The notes below the pieces were generated by a model. That model was not told the origin of the DNA, searched no databases, and saw only the letters and a list, made by a program, of their open reading frames with translations. A stretch of 37,728 nt of DNA, from positions 1 through 37,728 of the forward strand of contig PDRU01000080.1 of assembly GCA_002748225.1 (NCBI GenBank), given 5' to 3'. The DNA is from Spirochaetales bacterium (GTDB lineage Bacteria > Spirochaetota > Spirochaetia > DSM-2461). The translations under genes and the position numbers were made by a program. Shown here in pieces: positions 1 to 9,553 of the stretch (position 1 is its first letter; the number at the start of each line of letters is the position of its first letter).

Positions 1-114
1 GTCCATAAGGTTCTTCTGGTTCTGGATATTCTTAACGCTGACCCTGAGGAAAATGTCAGAGAAGCAGATATGCGCGGAGAGCATCTGGTATTCCGCCGTA
101 CGGAGGAAGGCTGA
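1..114 (+). CDS. ftsQ: C-terminal fragment of cell division protein FtsQ/DivIB (5' end outside the window)
   Basis: Frame 1 reads VHKVLLVLDILNADPEENVREADMRGEHLVFRRTEEG*. The TGA (112-114) abuts the ftsA ATG. The DxR motif near the C-terminus and the position before ftsA-ftsZ fit FtsQ. Confidence 0.7.
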   Translation, partial: VHKVLLVLDILNADPEENVREADMRGEHLVFRRTEEG

Positions 115-1350
115 ATGACTGACAGTCGTGTTGTTGCAGGTTTGGATATTGGTACCCGGAACATCCGTGTTCTTCTGGGCGAATACGATCCCCAGGGGAA
201 GCTGCTGGTTTCCGGATGGGGTGAAGCGCCTTCGGATGGTCTGCGCCGGGGGGTGGTTGTTAATATTGAAGCGGCCCGGGAGTGTATTGAACAGGCTGTT
301 GAAGCGGCAGAGCAGGAAGCCGGCAGAACTGTTACAGAACTGTGGGTTTCGCTGGCCGGCGGTGCCGTGAGCAGTCTGAACTCCCGGGGAGTTGTACCTG
401 TTTCCGGGAAAAACCGGGAAATTGGAGATTCCGATGTGGAGCGGGTTCTGGAAGCGGCGCGTGCTGTTGCCATTCCCATGGACCGGATAATGCTGAATGT
501 ACTGCCGCAGCAGTTCATTATTGATGACCAGCGCGGAATACGGAACCCCCGCGATATGATAGGTGTCCGTCTGGAAGCGGATGTTCACATTGTTACAGCG
601 TCGCTCTCGGCAACAGAAAATCTTAAAAAAGCCGTTGAAAGGGCCGGTTTCAAGGTGAAAGACATGGCGCTGGGAACTTTGGCGTCGGCCAAGTCGCTTT
701 TAAACGAGGACGAAAAGGAACTGGGAGTGCTTCTTATTGATATCGGTGCCGGTTCCACTGATTTCATCCTGGTTCACGAAGGGGCTCCGCTCATTACCGG
801 AACTGTACCGGTGGGCGGCAGTCAGGTTACCTCGGACCTTTCAATTGTACTGAAAACACCCCGTGAAGCCGCGGAAAGAATAAAAATTAACGATGCTTAC
901 TGCTGGGAAAATCCGGATAAGAGTAAGGAGCCGGTTATTGTTCCGGGAGTGGGCGGCCGTCCGCCGGTACCCGTTCCCTGCTCCGAGCTCTGCCGTATTC
1001 TGCAGCCCCGCATGGAAGAAATTTTCCGTATGATTCAGGCGGAAATTTCCCGTGTACCGGAAATGGCGCAGACAGTGGAAGGTGTTGTTCTCTGCGGCGG
1101 CGGCTCCCGGCTGACGGGAGTTGAAGAGCTGGCTTCGCGGGTGTTTGAACGGCCGGCCAGGACAGGAAGTCCTTTGGGAAATGTTCAGTGGCCCCAGGCC
1201 TGCCGCGCGCCTGAATGGTCGGCTGCTGCCGGTCTGGTTCTTCTGGGGGACGCTCTGGGAGGAAATGGAATACGTAAAAGAGATATTGCTGAAGCCGCAT
1301 CCGCGCACCCGTTAAAGGGGCTGGTGCGTTGGCTTGGTGAATTCTTTTAA
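115..1350 (+). CDS. ftsA: Cell division protein FtsA
   Basis: 411 aa with actin-fold motifs GLDIGT, LIDIGAGSTD and VLCGGGS, plus a C-terminal amphipathic helix (LVRWLGEFF). SD GGAGG upstream; precedes ftsZ. Confidence 0.97.
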   Translation: MTDSRVVAGLDIGTRNIRVLLGEYDPQGKLLVSGWGEAPSDGLRRGVVVNIEAARECIEQAVEAAEQEAGRTVTELWVSLAGGAVSSLNSRGVVPVSGKNREIGDSDVERVLEAARAVAIPMDRIMLNVLPQQFIIDDQRGIRNPRDMIGVRLEADVHIVTASLSATENLKKAVERAGFKVKDMALGTLASAKSLLNEDEKELGVLLIDIGAGSTDFILVHEGAPLITGTVPVGGSQVTSDLSIVLKTPREAAERIKINDAYCWENPDKSKEPVIVPGVGGRPPVPVPCSELCRILQPRMEEIFRMIQAEISRVPEMAQTVEGVVLCGGGSRLTGVEELASRVFERPARTGSPLGNVQWPQACRAPEWSAAAGLVLLGDALGGNGIRKRDIAEAASAHPLKGLVRWLGEFF

Positions 1351-1380
1351 TAAACAATAAACCCGGGGAGGGGTGGATTT

Positions 1381-2586
1381 ATGGACTTGGAAATACTTGA
1401 TGAACGCATTGTCGGAAAAACGAACATCAAGGTTATTGGCTGCGGAGGCGGAGGGGGTAACGCTGTTTCCCGCATGATTCAGGTGGGTGTGAAAGGCGTC
1501 GATTTTGTTGCGGCCAACACAGACCTGCAGGCTTTGAATTCTTCGGACGCCGCCATTAAGGTGCCGCTGGGCCGCCAGGTAACCGGCGGACTTGGAGCCG
1601 GCGGAAAGCCGGAAGTGGGCGAGCAGGCCGCTGAAGAAGACCGCGAAACTATTCAGAATGTGCTTAAAGGTGCGGACATGGTGTTTGTTACAGCCGGAAT
1701 GGGCGGCGGAACCGGAACCGGTTCAGCTCCCGTGATAGCCCGCATTGCCAAGGAAATGGGCTGTCTGACAGTGGCTGTGGTAACGCGTCCTTTCCGGTTT
1801 GAACAGTCCCGGAAAATGGAACTGGCCAACGCGGGTATAGACAAGCTGCGTGAACATGTAGACACGCTTATTACCATTCCCAACGAGAATCTGCTCAAGC
1901 TTGTCGACAGGAATACTCCTATCCGCGAGGCATTCCTGAAGGCCGACGATGTTCTGCGCATGGGGGTTCAGGGCATTTCCGACCTCATTACCAATCATGG
2001 GGAAATCAACATTGATTTTGCCGATGTCAAGGCCGTTATGGAAGGCCAGGGCGATGCGTTAATGGGTATTGGACATGGACAGGGCGATAACAGGGCTGTG
2101 GATGCGGCCACTATGGCCATTGAAAATCCGCTTCTGGACAACGTTAATATTGAAGGAGCCAAGGGGCTTCTTGTTAATGTTGTCGGCGGCTCTGATTTTT
2201 CTCTGTTTGAATACAATGAAATTATGGACATTATATCATCCAGAGTGGATCCTTCGGCCACGGTTATTCCCGGCCAGGGCACCGATGAAAGCATGGGCGA
2301 TCAAATCCGTGTAACTGTTATTGCTACAGGCTTCGGCGGTTCTGTTGCCGGCAGGGATTCGGCCTCTTCTTCCGTTCATTCTTCACGCAGGGATGAAGAA
2401 GTGCTGTCCTTCGATATGTGGAAAAACCTCAGTGAAGGACGCGGGCTGTCAGCCGCGCCGCCGCCGGAATCGTCCGGGAATATTCCCAGGGAATACAGAC
2501 CCAGTGTCTCTGTTTCCGATGAAACAGATTTGCTTATTCCCACAGTTATGCGTGAAAGCCGCTTCGGCATAGGGAAAAACCGATGA
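1381..2586 (+). CDS. ftsZ: Cell division GTPase FtsZ
   Basis: Motifs [14 protein letters not shown], tubulin signature [17 protein letters not shown], and C-terminal core peptide DLLIPTVMR. Confidence 0.99.
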   Translation: MDLEILDERIVGKTNIKVIGCGGGGGNAVSRMIQVGVKGVDFVAANTDLQALNSSDAAIKVPLGRQVTGGLGAGGKPEVGEQAAEEDRETIQNVLKGADMVFVTAGMGGGTGTGSAPVIARIAKEMGCLTVAVVTRPFRFEQSRKMELANAGIDKLREHVDTLITIPNENLLKLVDRNTPIREAFLKADDVLRMGVQGISDLITNHGEINIDFADVKAVMEGQGDALMGIGHGQGDNRAVDAATMAIENPLLDNVNIEGAKGLLVNVVGGSDFSLFEYNEIMDIISSRVDPSATVIPGQGTDESMGDQIRVTVIATGFGGSVAGRDSASSSVHSSRRDEEVLSFDMWKNLSEGRGLSAAPPPESSGNIPREYRPSVSVSDETDLLIPTVMRESRFGIGKNR

Positions 2587-3473
2587 ACGGAAAGGAACTG
2601 GCCGTGGAATATGAGGGGTATCTCCGCGGTGAGCTGCGGGTAGCGGACTCTACGGCCCGTACCTACGCGGCGGAAATAAAACGTTTCTGCTCCTGGCTGG
2701 AGGATACCGGAAAAGACGCGTCGGATGTCTGCGGAATGGAGCTGGAGGCTTACGTTCAAAGCCGGGGCGCCGATGCCCCGTTGAGCGCGCGTACTGTTTC
2801 CAGAATATTCAGTTCGCTGCATTCGTTCTTCGGATTTCTGAAAGCCGCCGGCTACCGCAGTGAAGATCCCTCCCGGGATGTGGAGCGTCCGCGGATAGGC
2901 CGGAGCCTTCCCGAGGTTCTGGAAGTGGATGAAGTGGAAAAATTCCTCGATTCCATCGATCTGGACAGCCCTTACGGCTTAAGGGACCGTACCCTGTTTG
3001 AGCTTATTTACTCCTGCGGTCTGCGTGTCAGTGAAGCCGCGCAGCTGGAATTGTCTCAGGTGTACCTGAAAGAAGGACTTATCCGGGTCCGCGGCAAAGG
3101 CAATAAGGAACGGCTGGTGCCTCTGGGAGATGAGGCGGAAAAGTGGTTCCGTACGTACTTAAGGGAAGGGCGTCCGCTGCTTGAGAAAGGCCCCGCCGGG
3201 AAAAACCGCGTTTTTCTGAATAACAGAGGTGAAGGACTGGGGCGTAAAGGTATGTGGAAACGTTTCCGCGGCATTGCCAGCAGAGCCGAAGTGGATGGTA
3301 AAATTCATACTCTCAGACATTCGTTTGCCACGCATTTGCTGCGGGGCGGCGCAGACCTGCGCAGTGTTCAGGAACTGCTGGGACACGCGGATATCAGTAC
3401 AACACAGATATACACACATCTTGATTCATCGGACCTGGAGCGGACGCACCGGGCCTGCCATCCGCGGGCGTAG
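2583..3473 (+). CDS. xerD: Tyrosine recombinase XerD-type
   Basis: Catalytic R-K-H-R-H-Y residues in [30 protein letters not shown] and [19 protein letters not shown] overlap with ftsZ. Confidence 0.85.
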   Translation: MNGKELAVEYEGYLRGELRVADSTARTYAAEIKRFCSWLEDTGKDASDVCGMELEAYVQSRGADAPLSARTVSRIFSSLHSFFGFLKAAGYRSEDPSRDVERPRIGRSLPEVLEVDEVEKFLDSIDLDSPYGLRDRTLFELIYSCGLRVSEAAQLELSQVYLKEGLIRVRGKGNKERLVPLGDEAEKWFRTYLREGRPLLEKGPAGKNRVFLNNRGEGLGRKGMWKRFRGIASRAEVDGKIHTLRHSFATHLLRGGADLRSVQELLGHADISTTQIYTHLDSSDLERTHRACHPRA

Positions 3474-3500
3474 AAGGGTGCAGAGGAGCGTAGAGGGAAA

Positions 3501-4183
3501 ATGAAAACAGCCGTATTATCCAGTCAAATTCACGTCAATATTACCCGTTCTGTAACGGCGGTACTCTTTTTCGGCTTAAGTGTTTTTCTGCTCCTGGTAT
3601 CTTCGTGCAGTAAAGTTGAAAACCGGGCAGAGCCGAGAAAAGCGTGGAACAGACACTGAAGGCTGTAAAGGACAAAGGCACTTACTGGCGGCTTTTGGGC
3701 ATTAAGTACATGGACTATGAAATGTGGAAAGAAGCCCTTAAAGCCTTTGATGAAGCCCTGGCCATATATCCCGACTTCGCCGGTATTCAGTACCACCGCG
3801 CGCTTTGCGCGTCTCAGCTGGCACTGGCCTCGCCTGAATTATCCGGCCGCCGGGAGTATCTTGCGCAGGCCGAGGCCGGTTACCGCCGTGCTCTGGCTGT
3901 GGATCCCCGCAATACACAGAGCATGTATGCCCTGGCCGTACTGCTGGTGTTTGAACTTGAGCGCCCTCTGGAGGCCCTTCCCCTGCTGGAAGATTATCTG
4001 AAGATAGAACGCAGCAGCATTCCGGCCCGTTTTCTTCTGGCCCGCGTTTATCTGCAGGCCGGTAATGCGCAGGCCGCCCTGGATCTGTATGAGCATATTG
4101 AAAAGAACGCCCGCGAATCCGGCGACAGGGATAAGGCCGCTGAACTCTACCGCCGGGTAATGGGAGGCAATTATGGTTCGTAA
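3501..4183 (+). pseudogene. TPR-repeat lipoprotein, split across two frames as sequenced (signal peptide and lipobox 3501-3659; TPR body ~3620-4183)
   Basis: ATG at 3501 with upstream AGAGGG encodes a hydrophobic segment ending LLLVSS-C36, then stops at 3657-3659. The TPR-like helices (WKEALKAFDEALAIYPD, AEAGYRRALAVDPRN) are in another frame that is closed upstream by TGA 3617-3619. The slot between ftsZ/xerD and dprA is typical of spirochaetes. Confidence 0.7.
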
Positions 4184-5183
4184 TCCGCTGGTTCTTCTGG
4201 CCGTTCACAGATTCCCCGGTTATAACGGGCATCTTAAACTCCGCGCGGCGCAAATGTGCCGGGACGAAAAAGACCTGCCGGACGCAATGGCCTTCTACGC
4301 CCAGTCGCGTTCGCAGCGCTCCCGGCGTGCAGCGGCCTCCATGCCGCCGCTGGAAAAGCTTCAGAAACAGGCTGAGCTGGATTACCGGCGTCTCCGCTCC
4401 GGAAAAATTGAATACAGGGTTCTGGGCAGCCCCGCTTATCCTGCCGCTCTGGCGCACATAGACGATCCGCCGCTGCTGCTGTTTGTCCGCGGAGAGCTGG
4501 AAAGTTCTCATAATCCGGCAGTGGCTCTTGTCGGCACGCGGCGGCCCTCCGCTCACGCGCAGCGGGAAGCCTGCCGTTTTGCCATGGAATTCGCCCTGGC
4601 TGAATATCCGGTTGTTTCCGGTCTGGCCTTTGGAATTGATAAAGCGGCTCACGAAGGAGCCCTGGCGGCAAAGGGTACAACATGGGCCGTCCTGGCCGGC
4701 GGACTGGACAGGCCCAGCCCCGGCGCTCACAGGCCGCTGGCCGCGCGGATACTGGAAGGCGGAGGGGCCCTTCTGGGAGAAATACCGCCGGGCGAGTTTC
4801 CGGCCCGCTACGCTTTTCCCCGCAGAAACCGCATTCTCAGCGGCCTGACCCGCGGATGCGTGGTTTTTCAGGCGCCGGCAAAATCCGGAGCGCTCATAAC
4901 AGCCAGTCTGGCACTGGATCAGAACCGCGATGTGTATGTGGCCCGCTGCGGTCTGGAAGGAGCCGCTTCAGAAGGAACGCGCGGCCTTGAAGCGCAGGGA
5001 GCGCCGGTTGTGTCGGGAGCAAAAGATATAATCAGAGACTGGTCTCTGCCTGTTGATACGCCTTCAGTGGAAACTCTTGCAGTTCCGGAAACAGCCGGCG
5101 ATCTGGTCTATCTGATGAAACGCGAAATTGAAGGACAGCTGCACTGCTGTATGGGAGGCTGGTTTGAGTACTGCATTGCGTAA
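4173..5183 (+). CDS. dprA: DNA processing protein DprA (Smf)
   Basis: Motifs YPAALAHIDDPP, VALVGTRRPS, VVSGLAFGIDKAAHEGAL, FPRRNRILSGL and SGALITA. Confidence 0.95.
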   Translation: MVRNPLVLLAVHRFPGYNGHLKLRAAQMCRDEKDLPDAMAFYAQSRSQRSRRAAASMPPLEKLQKQAELDYRRLRSGKIEYRVLGSPAYPAALAHIDDPPLLLFVRGELESSHNPAVALVGTRRPSAHAQREACRFAMEFALAEYPVVSGLAFGIDKAAHEGALAAKGTTWAVLAGGLDRPSPGAHRPLAARILEGGGALLGEIPPGEFPARYAFPRRNRILSGLTRGCVVFQAPAKSGALITASLALDQNRDVYVARCGLEGAASEGTRGLEAQGAPVVSGAKDIIRDWSLPVDTPSVETLAVPETAGDLVYLMKREIEGQLHCCMGGWFEYCIA

Positions 5184-6105
5184 TCCGGCAGACTGGCAGG
5201 ACTGGCTGGTCCACCTCAGGGACGTCAGAAAACTCTCCGATGCCACCATCCGTTCCTACCGTCGCGATCTGGAAGCCTGGAGCGATTTCCTTAAAGAGCA
5301 GAATCTGGGAATACAGCAGGCCGGGCGCAGGGAAGCCCGCGGTTTTATGGTTCTGATGTCATCAAGGCATATGGCCCCGGCCACTGTTAACAGACGCCTC
5401 TCGGCCCTGAAAAGCTACTACGAATGGCGCCGCCGCCGAACCGGCGCGGGAGAAAATCCCTTTGACGCGTTCCGTACCCTGAAAAACGGCCGCAGGCTGC
5501 CGGGGTATCTGAGCTATGAAGAACTGGAAAACTTTCTGAATTACTGTAAAGACAACTTTGCCGGGCGGCGTGACAAACTGCTCTTTGAACTGATGTATTC
5601 AACCGGATGCCGCGTTGCGGAAATATGTTCGCTGAACGTGAACGATGTCCGTCAGCACAAAATCCGCGTAAAAGGAAAAGGCGGAAAAGAAAGAGTTGTA
5701 TTCGCAGGAAAAGAGGCCGCCGCGGCGCTTGCTGATTATCTGCCGCTGAGGCGTGAGCACGCCGCTGATAATTCCGACTCCCAAAAAGCGCTCATTCTGG
5801 ACCTGCAGGGGCACAGACTCACGGCGCGCGGCGTGTATTACATAATCCGCAAATACGCGGCGTTGACCGGCATCTCAAAAAAAGTATCGCCCCACACCTT
5901 CCGGCACACATTTGCCACCCATGTACTGGACGAAGGCGCGGATATCCGTATGGTACAGGAAATGCTGGGACATTCAAGTCTGTCGACAACACAGATATAC
6001 ACCCACACCGGAATTGAAAAAATCAAACAGGTCTACCGCCTGTCGCATCCGCATGCCCGGCGTTCAATGGAAGAAGGAATGGAAAAAGGAGAAACTCATG
6101 TCTGA
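5164..6105 (+). CDS. xerC: Tyrosine recombinase XerC-type
   Basis: Motifs [29 protein letters not shown] and [14 protein letters not shown]. The likely start is TTG 5164 with SD GGAGG; the ORF-track start at 5128 overlaps dprA further. The XerC versus XerD label is by synteny. Confidence 0.8.
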   Translation: MSTALRNPADWQDWLVHLRDVRKLSDATIRSYRRDLEAWSDFLKEQNLGIQQAGRREARGFMVLMSSRHMAPATVNRRLSALKSYYEWRRRRTGAGENPFDAFRTLKNGRRLPGYLSYEELENFLNYCKDNFAGRRDKLLFELMYSTGCRVAEICSLNVNDVRQHKIRVKGKGGKERVVFAGKEAAAALADYLPLRREHAADNSDSQKALILDLQGHRLTARGVYYIIRKYAALTGISKKVSPHTFRHTFATHVLDEGADIRMVQEMLGHSSLSTTQIYTHTGIEKIKQVYRLSHPHARRSMEEGMEKGETHV

Positions 6106-6646
6106 AATAAGAGGTACAACCATCGTTGCCGTCCGCAGAAATAATTCTGTGGCCATGGCAGGCGACGGACAGGTAACGCTGGGTGAAGCCGTTATTATGA
6201 AAAGCCGGGCCCGCAAGGTGCGGCGGCTCTACAACGATCAGGTGCTTGTGGGCTTTGCCGGTTCAACAGCCGACGCCTTTACCCTGGAAGAACGCTTTGA
6301 AGCCAAGCTCAAGGAATATGCCGGTGATATTACACGCTCAGCAGTGGAACTGGCCAAAGACTGGCGTACCGACCGGGTACTGCGGCGTCTGGAAGCCATG
6401 CTGCTGGTAGCCGATGCCTCCCGCACCCTGCTTATCAGCGGAAACGGCGATGTCATTGAACCTGACTGCGGCGCCGTTGCCATAGGAAGCGGAGGAAACT
6501 ACGCCTTTGCCGCGGCCCGGGCCTATCTGGACTCCTCCGAACTGGAAGCCGGAGAAATTGCCCGCCGTTCCCTGGAAATTGCCGCTGACATCTGTGTTTA
6601 CACCAACAACAGCATTACTCTGGAGGTTATAGAAAATGAGCAGTAA
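6098..6646 (+). CDS. hslV: ATP-dependent protease subunit HslV (ClpQ)
   Basis: ATG 6098 with SD AGGAG. A short propeptide MSEIRG precedes the catalytic TTIVAV; also [16 protein letters not shown] and AIGSGGNYA. Confidence 0.97.
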   Translation: MSEIRGTTIVAVRRNNSVAMAGDGQVTLGEAVIMKSRARKVRRLYNDQVLVGFAGSTADAFTLEERFEAKLKEYAGDITRSAVELAKDWRTDRVLRRLEAMLLVADASRTLLISGNGDVIEPDCGAVAIGSGGNYAFAAARAYLDSSELEAGEIARRSLEIAADICVYTNNSITLEVIENEQ

Positions 6647-8006
6647 ATCACCGCTGGACGGCCTGACGCCGCAGCAGATTGTCGAAGCGCTCGACCATTA
6701 CATAATCGGGCAGAAATCTGCCAAAAAGTCCGTGGCCATAGCTCTGCGCAACCGCCAGAGACGCGCCCGCCTTCCCGAAGACATCCGCGATGAAGTGGCG
6801 CCCAAAAACATACTGATGATCGGTCCCACCGGAGTGGGAAAAACCGAAATAGCCCGCCGTCTGGCCCGTCTGGCCAACGCGCCGTTTATTAAAGTGGAAG
6901 CCACCAAATACACGGAAGTCGGCTTTGTGGGCCGCGATGTGGAATCCATGGTGCGCGACCTTATGTCCATGGCGCTCTCCATGGTGAAAGATGAAATGAA
7001 AGCCGGAGTGGAACAGGCCGCCCGCGAAGCCGCCGAAGAAGCCCTGCTGGACATACTGGTGCCCGGATCTTCCGCGCCGCCGCCGGAAGGCGCCGACGCC
7101 AGTACTCCCGTGGAACCCGACAGAGGCTCTCATGCCCGGGAAGTACTGCGCCGCAAACTCCGTGCCGGAGAACTCGACGAGCGCATGGTGGAAATAACCG
7201 CCGGCACCCGCCGCAATCCGCATGTGGAAATACTTTCCGGTGCCGGAATGGAACAGATGGGCCTGGACTTCGGTGCTCTCGGTTCCATCTTCCAGGGGCC
7301 GCAAAAGCCCCGCAAGGTAAAAGTTACCCGTGCCAGGGAACTGTTGGAAGCCGAGCAGCAGGAAAAACTCATCGACACCGAAAGCGCCATAGAAACCGCC
7401 CGGGAAAGAGTGTGCAACAGCGGCATAATCTTCATAGACGAAATAGACAAAATAGCCGTCCGGGAAGGCCGCGGCGGCGGCGCGGACGTATCGCGCGAAG
7501 GAGTACAGCGCGACATCCTGCCCATAGTGGAAGGTTCGGCCGTCAGTACCAGGTACGGCATAGTGGATACCAGCCACATCCTGTTTATAGCAGCCGGCGC
7601 CTTTAATCTGTCCAAGCCTTCAGACCTTATACCCGAACTTCAGGGACGCTTCCCTCTGCGGGTGGAACTTGACAGTCTGGACGCCGACGATTTCCGCAAA
7701 ATACTGACATCGCCGAAAAACGCGCTCACCCGCCAGTACACCGAGCTTCTGGCAACCGAAGATGTGCATCTGGTGTTTGAGGAAGAGGCCATTACGCGCC
7801 TGTCCAACATAGCCGCCGAGGTGAATTCGCACACAGAAAACATCGGGGCACGCCGCCTGCACACCGTTATGGAACTGCTGGTGGAAGATGTTTCGTTTAA
7901 CGCGCCCGATCTGACCGGGCAGACAATAACCATTACGGAGGACTACGTGAACGAACGGCTGGGCAGCATTATTGAGGACCGGGACCTCTCCCGGTTTATC
8001 CTGTAA
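6636..8006 (+). CDS. hslU: ATP-dependent protease ATPase subunit HslU (ClpY)
   Basis: Motifs [53 protein letters not shown] and [10 protein letters not shown]; C-terminal DLSRFIL. Confidence 0.98.
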   Translation: MSSKSPLDGLTPQQIVEALDHYIIGQKSAKKSVAIALRNRQRRARLPEDIRDEVAPKNILMIGPTGVGKTEIARRLARLANAPFIKVEATKYTEVGFVGRDVESMVRDLMSMALSMVKDEMKAGVEQAAREAAEEALLDILVPGSSAPPPEGADASTPVEPDRGSHAREVLRRKLRAGELDERMVEITAGTRRNPHVEILSGAGMEQMGLDFGALGSIFQGPQKPRKVKVTRARELLEAEQQEKLIDTESAIETARERVCNSGIIFIDEIDKIAVREGRGGGADVSREGVQRDILPIVEGSAVSTRYGIVDTSHILFIAAGAFNLSKPSDLIPELQGRFPLRVELDSLDADDFRKILTSPKNALTRQYTELLATEDVHLVFEEEAITRLSNIAAEVNSHTENIGARRLHTVMELLVEDVSFNAPDLTGQTITITEDYVNERLGSIIEDRDLSRFIL

Positions 8007-8184
8007 TGACTTGTTTATCAGGGCGCACCAGCGCCGGCGCTGCGCGCCTCTGCCTGCCGGGCTTTCCGGTGCAATGCTCTCTTCCGGGCCTCTTTTCCGG
8101 CTCTGTGCCCGCCGCCGGCCGGCCCGGACGCATTTTCCCTTCAATCCCTTGCGCGGGGCGTCCGCTCTCAGCCGAAGGGAAAAT

Positions 8185-8212
8185 TCAGCAGGGGGCTTTC
8201 CCCGGCCGAAAA
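8185..8212 (+). promoter_or_regulatory. Possible sigma-28 (FliA) promoter of flgB
   Basis: TCAG-N16-GCCGAAAA versus the consensus TAAA-N15-GCCGATAA, ending 44 nt before the flgB ATG. Imperfect match and spacing. Confidence 0.3.
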
Positions 8213-8256
8213 AAGAAGAGAGGGCCTGTATCCGAAAACAGCCCCGGGAGGGAAAA

Positions 8257-8673
8257 ATGTTAGACAAAAGCAGTTTCGGTCGAGCCGTGGACTTACTGCA
8301 GCGCAACATGGCCGTTTCCACCCTGAGAAGGGAAGTAATTGCCAACAACATTGCCAATGCCGAGACGCCCAATTTCAAACGCTCGGAAGTAAGCTTTGAA
8401 GCCCAGCTGGGCCGGGCGCTGGCCTCGGAAAAACAGGACAGTTCCATTGGAGTGCTGACACATCCGGATCATATTCCGTTCCGCCGTGCCGTCGACTATC
8501 GCACCGTCAAGCCCAGAATTGCCCTGGACTACCTGACCAGCGCCAAAAACAACGGCAACAATGTGGATGTGGAAGTGGAGCTGATGAACGCCACCGAAAA
8601 CCAGATGATGTACGAACTGATGAGCAGCGCTGTGGCCCATGAGTTCCGGTCCGTGAAAATAGTACTGGGTTAG
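8257..8673 (+). CDS. flgB: Flagellar basal-body rod protein FlgB
   Basis: ATG 8257 with SD GGGAGG; the ORF-track start at 7972 is over-extended. Motifs RREVIANNIANAETPNFK and NNGNNVDVEVE. Confidence 0.96.
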   Translation: MLDKSSFGRAVDLLQRNMAVSTLRREVIANNIANAETPNFKRSEVSFEAQLGRALASEKQDSSIGVLTHPDHIPFRRAVDYRTVKPRIALDYLTSAKNNGNNVDVEVELMNATENQMMYELMSSAVAHEFRSVKIVLG

Positions 8674-8697
8674 ACCGGAGAAGAGGAGACTTAAAGA

Positions 8698-9156
8698 ATG
8701 GGACTTTTTACAACAATCAATACAGCAGCTTCCGGCCTGACAGCTGAACGGCTCCGGCTGGATGTTATATCCGACAACATAGCCAATGTTTCCACCACCC
8801 GTACCGCCGAGGGCGGCCCGTTCCGCCGCAGCCGCGTGGTGTTCCGGCCCAGGGTGAATCAGCCCTACTGGCGCAGTCCGTTTCTGCCCGAACCGCTGAA
8901 AAACAAAATCGGTTCCGGAGTACGGGTGGCGTCCATTGAAAAAGATATGGATTCCGATCTGGTACTCAAATGGGATCCGACGCATCCGGACGCCATTAAA
9001 ACCGGGCCGAAAGCCGGATATGTGGAACTGCCCAACGTGAACGTGGTCAGTGAAATGGTGGACATGATCTCCGCGTCCCGGGCCTATGAGGCCAACGCGG
9101 CCATAATGGACGGCTCAAAAAGCATGTTCCGCAAGGCTCTGGAGATAGGAAGGTAG
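8698..9156 (+). CDS. flgC: Flagellar basal-body rod protein FlgC
   Basis: Motifs SGLTAERLRLDVISDNIAN, DPTHPDA and PNVNVVSEMVDMISASRAYEAN. Confidence 0.98.
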   Translation: MGLFTTINTAASGLTAERLRLDVISDNIANVSTTRTAEGGPFRRSRVVFRPRVNQPYWRSPFLPEPLKNKIGSGVRVASIEKDMDSDLVLKWDPTHPDAIKTGPKAGYVELPNVNVVSEMVDMISASRAYEANAAIMDGSKSMFRKALEIGR

Positions 9157-9159
9157 TAA

Positions 9160-9495
9160 ATGGAACTTTTTAACGCGAAGAATGTCAGCGGCCATGTAGT
9201 GGAAATGTCCCGGACAAATGAACGGCACATGGATTCATCCGGCCGTACAGGTCTTCCGGTTGGGGAGAACCGGAAGAAAGAATTCGGAGGCCTGGTAACA
9301 CAGGCTCTTGAAAGGGTTTCCGGCAGACAGCTGGAAGCCGATCAGTTGTTTGAAAGGATGATAACACATCCTGATGAAGTAGAACCGCACGATGTTACTA
9401 TTGCCATGGCCCAGGCCGAAATGAGCCTGAACCTGACAAAAACAATCGTGGACCGTGCTGTAAAAGCGTATAACGACATTACAGCAATGAGGTAA
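9160..9495 (+). CDS. fliE: Flagellar hook-basal body protein FliE
   Basis: Motif HDVTIAMAQAEMSLNLTKTIVDRAVKAYNDITAMR; lies between flgC and fliF. Confidence 0.93.
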   Translation: MELFNAKNVSGHVVEMSRTNERHMDSSGRTGLPVGENRKKEFGGLVTQALERVSGRQLEADQLFERMITHPDEVEPHDVTIAMAQAEMSLNLTKTIVDRAVKAYNDITAMR

Positions 9496-9553
9496 GTATT
9501 GGACTTGGGTCCGTAAACGGATATTGAGTCTTGTTTCGGGGGGGGGTAACAAG

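Noticed and set aside
2583-6105. Tyrosine recombinases as integrases of a prophage, integron or invertible element
   Set aside because: Both are ~300-aa Xer-type proteins overlapping housekeeping genes in a conserved context; no att sites, cargo or inverted repeats were seen.
6648-7577. Long antisense ORFs (e.g. 6648-7577, 3738-4730, 10223-11218, 21960-22820, 33121-33960)
   Set aside because: They are shadow frames of well-supported + strand genes in GC-rich DNA and show no recognisable motifs.
8007-8256. c-di-GMP-I (GEMM) riboswitch ahead of flgB
   Set aside because: I could not find the GGCAAAC, GNRA tetraloop/receptor or GACGCAAAGC signature. An Rfam scan would be decisive.
7972-8256. 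95-aa N-terminal extension of FlgB in the ORF track
   Set aside because: The extension is R/P/A-rich sequence from a GC-rich gap; a proper SD and ATG at 8257 give a normal-length FlgB. Similar over-extensions were trimmed for hslV, fliF, fliJ and fliR.
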